Shown here piece by piece: positions 56,630 through 62,447 of a stretch of 62,447 nt of DNA. The number at the start of each line of letters is the position of its first letter. Position 1 is the first letter of the stretch. A program made the translations under genes and the position numbers. The DNA is from a virus (taxonomy: Duplodnaviria; Caudoviricetes): the IMG/VR virus record IMGVR_UViG_3300006919_000053, positions 1-62,447 of that record; one strand, given 5' to 3'. The notes beneath the pieces were generated by a model, which saw only the letters and a program-made list of their open reading frames with translations, did not search any database and was not told the DNA's origin.

Positions 56630-58389
56630 TGGAATGGAACAACAAATGGATAGCTGGAGTAGACTATCCGCAGTGGGGAGATACAGAGGTTTATAAGAAG
56701 ACAATCGTTGGCGGTTATCTTCAGCCTTGGGAGTCTCCAAGAGATGCTTACATGAGGGTTGCCTCCACGGTAGCAAGAAGACTTTATAAGCCAGAACTTA
56801 CAGATACGTTTTTTGAATATATCTGGAATGGTTGGCTTAATCTAGCCTCTCCAGTACTATCAAACACAGGTACGGACAAAGGATTACCTATCAGTTGTTT
56901 TGGTATCGATGTTGGAGATAGTATACAGGAGATTGGTTCTAAGAACTTAGAGATGATGCTACTAGCTAAACACGGTGGGGGAGTTGGTATTGGTGTCAAC
57001 ATGATTCGTCCCGCTGGTTCTAAAATTACAGGAAATGGAACATCTGATGGCGTGGTACCGTTTTGCAAAATCTACGACTCAACAATTCTTGCCACTAATC
57101 AAGGAGCAGTCAGACGAGGAGCTGCATCTGTCAATCTCAACATTGAACACGATGACTTTGAGCATTGGCTCGAAATTAGGGAACCAAAAGGTGATGTCAA
57201 CAGGCAATCTCTTAACCTTCATCAATGCGCTGTCGTTGGTGATAAGTTCATGCGAAGACTCATTGAAGGAGATGAATCTGCAAGACAAAGATGGTCTAAG
57301 CTCATCCAAAAGCGTAAAGCTACTGGAGAGCCTTACATCTTATTTAAAGGAAATACAAACAAAGCGAATCCTACAGCTTACAAAGCAAATGGACTCAAAG
57401 TCCACATGACTAACATTTGTTCAGAGATTACTCTGCATACCGATGAGTCGCACAGTTTTGTTTGTTGTCTTTCGTCTGTAAATTTAGCAAAATATCATGA
57501 ATGGAAAAATACCAATCTTATTTACCACGCCATTTGGTTTTTGGATGGTGTCTTGGAAGAATTTATTCAAAAAGCAAAGGGACTACGAGGATTTGAGAAT
57601 AGTGTTCGTTCCGCGGAAAAAGGACGTGCTTTGGGCCTTGGAGTGCTCGGATGGCATACGTACCTTCAACAAAATGGTATTCCATTTGAAGGATTACGAG
57701 CTCAGTTCGAAACGCGCAGAATTTTTAGTCAAATCAAGATTGAGTCCGAGAGAGCTTCGAGAGACCTTGCAGATGTATATGGAGAACCGCTCTGGTGCAG
57801 AGATACGGGTTTTCGGAATACACACCTCAGAGCAATAGCCCCAACTGTCTCAAACTCAAAGCTTTCTGGCAACGTTTCCCCTGGTATTGAACCTTGGGCT
57901 GCTAACCTTTTCACAGAGCAATCCGCTAAGGGTACGTTTATCAGAAGAAACGCAGAACTTGAAAAAGTACTTGATGCTATCGGCATAAACACTCCAGAAA
58001 CTTGGGAGACAATACTTTCTGACAAAGGTTCTGTACAAGGCATTAATGAGTTAGATAATTGGTGTTTTGTTGACGGGCAACTTAACAGGGCAGATGACAT
58101 AGGGGATGCTCCCTGTGATAAAGTCAAAGACGTATTCAAGACTTTTAAAGAGATAAATCAACTTGAATTGGTTAACCAAGCTGGTATACGACAGCAGTAT
58201 GTAGACCAGTCGGTATCTCTTAATTTAGCCTTCCCTTCAGAGGCTTCTCCTAAATGGATAAACCAAGTGCATTTAGATGCTTGGAAGAAGGGGATAAAAA
58301 CTTTGTATTATATGAGAACAGAGTCTGTCCTTAGAGGAGACATTGCAGCAAAAGCAATGGACCCAGACTGTGTTTCTTGTGATGGTTAA
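56626..58389 (+). CDS. nrdA: Ribonucleotide reductase class I alpha subunit
   Basis: SPVLSN, ISCF, TNICSEI, CCLSS, AIAPTVSNS, KTLYY, C-terminal CVSCDG. Confidence 0.95.
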   Translation: MMEWNNKWIAGVDYPQWGDTEVYKKTIVGGYLQPWESPRDAYMRVASTVARRLYKPELTDTFFEYIWNGWLNLASPVLSNTGTDKGLPISCFGIDVGDSIQEIGSKNLEMMLLAKHGGGVGIGVNMIRPAGSKITGNGTSDGVVPFCKIYDSTILATNQGAVRRGAASVNLNIEHDDFEHWLEIREPKGDVNRQSLNLHQCAVVGDKFMRRLIEGDESARQRWSKLIQKRKATGEPYILFKGNTNKANPTAYKANGLKVHMTNICSEITLHTDESHSFVCCLSSVNLAKYHEWKNTNLIYHAIWFLDGVLEEFIQKAKGLRGFENSVRSAEKGRALGLGVLGWHTYLQQNGIPFEGLRAQFETRRIFSQIKIESERASRDLADVYGEPLWCRDTGFRNTHLRAIAPTVSNSKLSGNVSPGIEPWAANLFTEQSAKGTFIRRNAELEKVLDAIGINTPETWETILSDKGSVQGINELDNWCFVDGQLNRADDIGDAPCDKVKDVFKTFKEINQLELVNQAGIRQQYVDQSVSLNLAFPSEASPKWINQVHLDAWKKGIKTLYYMRTESVLRGDIAAKAMDPDCVSCDG

Positions 58390-58398
58390 AAATTATTT

Positions 58399-58662
58399 AT
58401 GATTGAACTAAAAAAGTTTTATCTGCCTAATTGCAAACCTTGTCAGAATTTACAACCTGTATTAGAAGAAACTGTGTCGGATTACCCCGATGCAGTTTCC
58501 TTACAGGAGTTAAATGTCGAAGAGGAATACGAAGAGGCAATGAAGTATTCAGTAAAAACAGTACCCACCGTAATCTTTATAAAGGATGAGGAGGAGATCG
58601 GAAGAATACGTGGCGTTGGAGCAAAAGAACGCTACGCTAAAATTATAGATAAATATTTATAG
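58399..58662 (+). CDS. Thioredoxin
   Basis: CKPC active site, cis-Pro TVPT. Confidence 0.88.
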   Translation: MIELKKFYLPNCKPCQNLQPVLEETVSDYPDAVSLQELNVEEEYEEAMKYSVKTVPTVIFIKDEEEIGRIRGVGAKERYAKIIDKYL

Positions 58663-58669
58663 TATAATT

Positions 58670-58699
58670 TTAATACTTCCTTAACATTCAGTAACTTTG
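58670..58699 (+). promoter_or_regulatory. Bacteroidota -7 promoter element with upstream TTAAY direct repeats
   Basis: TAACTTTG at 58692 (TAnnTTTG); TTAATA at 58670 and TTAACA at 58681, 11 bp apart. Confidence 0.5.
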
Positions 58700-58725
58700 T
58701 ATATTATTAACCTTTATAATTTCTC

Positions 58726-61236
58726 ATGAGAAAACTATTTACTTTTTCGTTAGTGGTACTAACAATGGGGCTTTTTGCCCAAGAAGTTGAGCAAGATTCT
58801 ATCTTAACTCAACAATTAGACGAGGTCGTTGTAACGTCTCGTGTTATTGACATCGCTAAAGAGCGGGTGACACCTGTTGCTGTGTCCTCAATCTCTGCTA
58901 GTGATATTTCTTTGAAAGTAGGGAACCAAGAGTTTCCCGAAATCATGAACAACACTCCTGGCGTTTACGCTACTAAACAAGGGGGTGGTTATGGAGATTC
59001 TCGTATCTCTTTACGTGGATTTGACCAACGTAACACATCGTTCCTTATCAACGGACAACCTGTCAATGATATGGAAAACGGATGGGTGTATTGGTCGAAT
59101 TGGCAAGGATTAACAGATGTTGCTTCTGGTATTCAAATCCAGAGAGGTCTTGGAGCGTCAAGACTTGCAGTCCCTTCTGTCGGTGGTACAGTATCTATCT
59201 TCACAAAGACTGCTGAGGTCGCTGAAGGTGGTTCTATCACTCAAATGGTTGGTAATGATGGCTACAGAAAAACTGCTGCTATCTACAACACAGGGAAGAA
59301 CGACAATGGATTTGCAGCATCTATCCTTTTATCTAAGTGGCAAGGAGATGGTTATGTTAACTTTACAGGTGGAGAAGGGTTAACCTACTTCTTTGCTCTT
59401 GGTTACGACCCCGATGACTCTGCTCACGCATTCAACTTATCTGTACTTGGTGCGGGTCAATGGCATCACCAAAGAGATGTTTGGGTATCTATTCGAGACT
59501 ATCAGAACTTCGGCTCTGAGGGTATTGACAGAAGATGGAACACCAATGGTGGTTACTTGAATGGTGAGGAGTACAGTATGAGGCGTAACTTTTACAACAA
59601 ACCACTTGCTACCTTTAACTGGGATTGGGACATTTCTTCCAATGTTCAGTTGAACACGTCTCTTTACGCTTCCGCTGGACGTGGTGGTGGAACAGGACCT
59701 AGAGGTAACAACTTCAGAAATCCTAACATTGACATTTACCCATTCAGACAAGACTTAACTGAGCAGTTTGAAGAGGGCAAAGGGATTGCATCAAGAGATT
59801 CCAATGGATTCATTAACTTTGACCACATTGTTGGAGTTAACAGAATTACAACTGAGGGATATGATGGTCCTATTAGTGGCTTTGCTGGACAGAAAATTGG
59901 AGGCAACAGAAATCCTGGTGGTAATGTAAACCGAGCTGTTCTTGTGCGTCGTGCATCAATGAACTCACACGACTGGGTTGGCGGTATTTCCTCTTTAGAT
60001 ATTACTTCTGGTAAGATGAAGTATTCTATTGGAGTTGACTTACGGAATTATAAAGGGTATCACTACCGAGTCTTAAATGACCTTTTAGGACTTGATGGGT
60101 ATTATTCTGGAGGAAACCAGAACAGCGCGGGACAGATTATCAACACTACTGTTGAGGCTAATCCGTTCAAGAACACAGGGATTAGAGGTCCAAAGATTGA
60201 CTACTACAACATCGGAAACGTAGGTTGGAGAGGATTAAATGGTATGGCTGAATATACTGATGATGATTTCACTGCGGTGTTACAATTCGGTACTTCAACT
60301 CAGAGTTATCAACGAGAAGATTACTTTGACCAACCAGAAAATCCTATCTCTGATAAAAAGAATGTTGCGGGAGGTTACTTAAAAGGTGGTTTTAACTACA
60401 ATATAAGTGATGTCAGTAACGTCTTTGTTAATGGTGGACTTATTTCACGTCAGCCATTGTTTGACGCAGTTTTCCCTAACTACGCAAACGCAATCAATCC
60501 TAACCTTCAGAATGAGAAAATAAACTCTTTAGAAGTTGGATATGGATTTAACAACGGAAAGTTCAAAGCAGACGTCAACGCTTACTCTACGGTATGGGGT
60601 AACCGATTTGTTTCTCGTTCTTTAACGAACCAACAAGGTGTTGATGGATTCGCTCAGTTTAACGATGTAGACGTTGTGCACAATGGTATTGAGTTTGAAG
60701 GTAGATATTTTTATTCTCCTAAAACATCTTTCAGAGGGATGTTATCCATGGGAGATTGGAGATATACTAAGAACTTTGAGGCAGAGTTATTTGACGATAA
60801 TCAAAACCTTATCGGTACTGGTACTCTTTATACTAAAGGTGCTAAGGTAGGGGATGCCGCTCAGTTTACTATGAGCCTTCAAGCCGACCACAGAATTGGT
60901 AGCTTTGCTAAGGTAGATTTAAACTACCGATTTGTAGATGGATTGTATGCTGATTATTCTATTACAGATTCAGACTTTACAAATCCCGATAACAAGGGAG
61001 CACTTAAACTTCCATCTTATGGATTGTTTGATTTAGGTGCTACTGTTTATTTTAGTCCAAGCTTTACGCTTCGTGCTAATATGAACAACGTGTTTGACAC
61101 TACTTACATTGCAGAGTCTAACTCTAATATTCACGCCACACAAGGCTCTAGTACTTGGAATGGTGTCGATGTTAGAAATTCAGTATGGTTCGGATTCGGA
61201 CGTACTTGGAATGCTTCTTTGAAGTATCGATTCTAA
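58726..61236 (+). CDS. TonB-dependent outer-membrane receptor
   Basis: Signal peptide, LDEVVVT TonB-box-like motif, plug (TPGVYA..ISLRGF..LINGQP..IQIQRG..GGTVSI), barrel ending NNVFD..GRTWNASLKYRF. Confidence 0.95.
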   Translation: MRKLFTFSLVVLTMGLFAQEVEQDSILTQQLDEVVVTSRVIDIAKERVTPVAVSSISASDISLKVGNQEFPEIMNNTPGVYATKQGGGYGDSRISLRGFDQRNTSFLINGQPVNDMENGWVYWSNWQGLTDVASGIQIQRGLGASRLAVPSVGGTVSIFTKTAEVAEGGSITQMVGNDGYRKTAAIYNTGKNDNGFAASILLSKWQGDGYVNFTGGEGLTYFFALGYDPDDSAHAFNLSVLGAGQWHHQRDVWVSIRDYQNFGSEGIDRRWNTNGGYLNGEEYSMRRNFYNKPLATFNWDWDISSNVQLNTSLYASAGRGGGTGPRGNNFRNPNIDIYPFRQDLTEQFEEGKGIASRDSNGFINFDHIVGVNRITTEGYDGPISGFAGQKIGGNRNPGGNVNRAVLVRRASMNSHDWVGGISSLDITSGKMKYSIGVDLRNYKGYHYRVLNDLLGLDGYYSGGNQNSAGQIINTTVEANPFKNTGIRGPKIDYYNIGNVGWRGLNGMAEYTDDDFTAVLQFGTSTQSYQREDYFDQPENPISDKKNVAGGYLKGGFNYNISDVSNVFVNGGLISRQPLFDAVFPNYANAINPNLQNEKINSLEVGYGFNNGKFKADVNAYSTVWGNRFVSRSLTNQQGVDGFAQFNDVDVVHNGIEFEGRYFYSPKTSFRGMLSMGDWRYTKNFEAELFDDNQNLIGTGTLYTKGAKVGDAAQFTMSLQADHRIGSFAKVDLNYRFVDGLYADYSITDSDFTNPDNKGALKLPSYGLFDLGATVYFSPSFTLRANMNNVFDTTYIAESNSNIHATQGSSTWNGVDVRNSVWFGFGRTWNASLKYRF

Positions 61237-61242
61237 AAACAG

Positions 61243-61274
61243 AAAGGGGAGCTTTAATCGGCTCCCTTTTTTTT
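61243..61274. terminator. Bidirectional terminator at the convergence of the two arms
   Basis: AAAG-GGGAGC-TTTAATCG-GCTCCC-TTTTTTTT. Confidence 0.85.
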
Positions 61275-61635
61275 AATATAACCACATTACTTCTTGTGGC
61301 TTATCTGGGTCTACATCTACATGTATAAATGTTTTCGCTACCCCTACTCTCCGAAAGTTGTATTTCATAAACAACCACATCAAGTGAAAACGGTCCACAC
61401 TATTTTTTACAGATATATCTGCCGCGTATCCGCGAAGATGACTCGAGTCTTTTGTCCCGCCAGCCTTTGCATTATGAGCCTCCGAGCGATAGCCAGAGTT
61501 TATTCTCATAGGTTTTCCGTATTCTTTCCTTACCTCATCAAGCATTTGTATAAGGGTTTCACACATATATTTCTCTCCGCTTCCAGGCTCATCTGGAGAG
61601 TCGAACTCTGAATACTTAAAATACTTAAAACTCAT
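61273..61635 (-). CDS. Peptidase M15A (probable endolysin)
   Basis: INSGYRSEAHN, SSHLRGYAADI, FIHVD. Confidence 0.9.
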   Translation of the reverse strand: MSFKYFKYSEFDSPDEPGSGEKYMCETLIQMLDEVRKEYGKPMRINSGYRSEAHNAKAGGTKDSSHLRGYAADISVKNSVDRFHLMWLFMKYNFRRVGVAKTFIHVDVDPDKPQEVMWLY

Positions 61636-61638
61636 TTA

Positions 61639-61953
61639 TTATTGTACTGCTCTTACTGCTGCTATAATGTCTTCTTCTTTTACTTCAATCTTAAAGCTTA
61701 GGTTTGCGTTCCATTGTTTTACAGGCTCACTTCCTTTATATAGAATAATAACAGGAACTGCTTGGATTTGAGATTTAATCTCATTGTTTTGGTCTTCTAA
61801 ATAAGCAAACTTATACTTCACACTTGGCGGCAAGTCTGTTATTTTAAAATCATTAACCTTATTCCATTTTGCGTTTATCTGCACGACAGTTAAGTTTTGA
61901 GCCGTAAGCCCAAAAGAAACTAACAATAAAAGTGATGTAACTAAATTTCTCAT
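61639..61953 (-). CDS. Secreted thioredoxin-fold protein lacking CxxC
   Basis: Signal peptide; VVQINAKWN in place of FxAxWC; IQAVPVIILYK. Confidence 0.55.
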   Translation of the reverse strand: MRNLVTSLLLLVSFGLTAQNLTVVQINAKWNKVNDFKITDLPPSVKYKFAYLEDQNNEIKSQIQAVPVIILYKGSEPVKQWNANLSFKIEVKEEDIIAAVRAVQ

Positions 61954-62231
61954 TCTCTTTCGATTATTTCAAATAATTTGCTTTCTATACGATCTAGCTT
62001 TGCGCTGTTTTCGTCCACCTTTTGCTTAGTATTCATGATAGTCTCACGAATAAGTTGGTCTTTTAAATCATATTCGGCTCTGGTAATTGTAGGCTCTGGT
62101 AAGTCCTTAGCCGCTTCAATCTCTTTTTGCAATGCAAAATACATTGTAACAAGAGATATTACTCCTCCGACAACCATAATAATGGTCTTCAAATCTAGAG
62201 TTACTTCTGTATTCTCATTTATCTTTGACAT
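61950..62231 (-). CDS. Membrane-anchored coiled-coil protein (lysis module)
   Basis: TIIMVVGGVISLVTMYFAL followed by coiled coil. Confidence 0.65.
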   Translation of the reverse strand: MSKINENTEVTLDLKTIIMVVGGVISLVTMYFALQKEIEAAKDLPEPTITRAEYDLKDQLIRETIMNTKQKVDENSAKLDRIESKLFEIIERE

Positions 62232-62234
62232 GAT

Positions 62235-62447
62235 TTATTTCTTTTTTCTTTTTAGTGATTTAACTCTCCTTGGCTTGCCCGCTGGCTGTCCAATTCGTTT
62301 CTTTTGTGCAATTCGAGACTTCTTCTCTGCTGCCGTCATTTCTGATGCGGTCTTTGGTGTCTTTGACGATACTCTTTTTTTAGGTCGACAGTAAGGTGTC
62401 CCTCTTTTTTCTCCCTTTTGTCTTCCACATGGTTTTCCTGTGCGAAC
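62235..62447 (-). CDS. 3' part of the junction-spanning basic protein starting at 189
   Basis: ...KKSRIAQKKRIGQPAGKPRRVKSLKRKKK*, stop at 62235-62237. Confidence 0.75.
   Translation of the reverse strand, partial: VRTGKPCGRQKGEKRGTPYCRPKKRVSSKTPKTASEMTAAEKKSRIAQKKRIGQPAGKPRRVKSLKRKKK
62325..62447. repeat. Terminal direct repeat, copy 2
   Basis: Identical to 1-123. Confidence 0.95.

Overview
The window is very likely a complete, circularly permuted ~62.3-kb lytic podovirus-type phage genome; bases 1-123 are identical to 62325-62447. The host is probably a Bacteroidota/Flavobacteriia bacterium, judged from the TonB-dependent receptor, TTTG-N19-TAnnTTTG promoters and mostly SD-less A-rich start regions. 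The genome has two arms that diverge at ~39.6-39.9 kb and converge at a terminator at ~61.25 kb. The minus arm carries tail fibres, GroEL/GroES, terminase, portal, scaffold, capsid, tail, ejection and lysis genes. The plus arm carries small early genes, a DEDDh exonuclease, a beta-clamp-like protein, an HTH protein, a sigma factor, recombination genes, primase-helicase, nrdB-thyX-nrdA-thioredoxin and a TonB-dependent receptor. I found no DNA polymerase, integrase, tRNA or CRISPR array. The top hypothesis is that the 2553-aa virion/ejection protein contains an embedded sigma-factor-like module downstream of a zincin HExxH motif. This would pair with six copies of a non-host bipartite promoter-like motif (GCAAAyyCrsTACGA-N7-yTGATAA) in front of the earliest genes, suggesting a virion-delivered sigma factor. 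Other notable signals are three 43-bp TGACAATAG-N25-CTAATGTCA sites, a hairpin/TGTATAGCA repeat field, a duplicated early gene, an ArfA-like peptide and a possible antisense RNA against early start codons. All product calls come from motif recognition by eye, not database searches.
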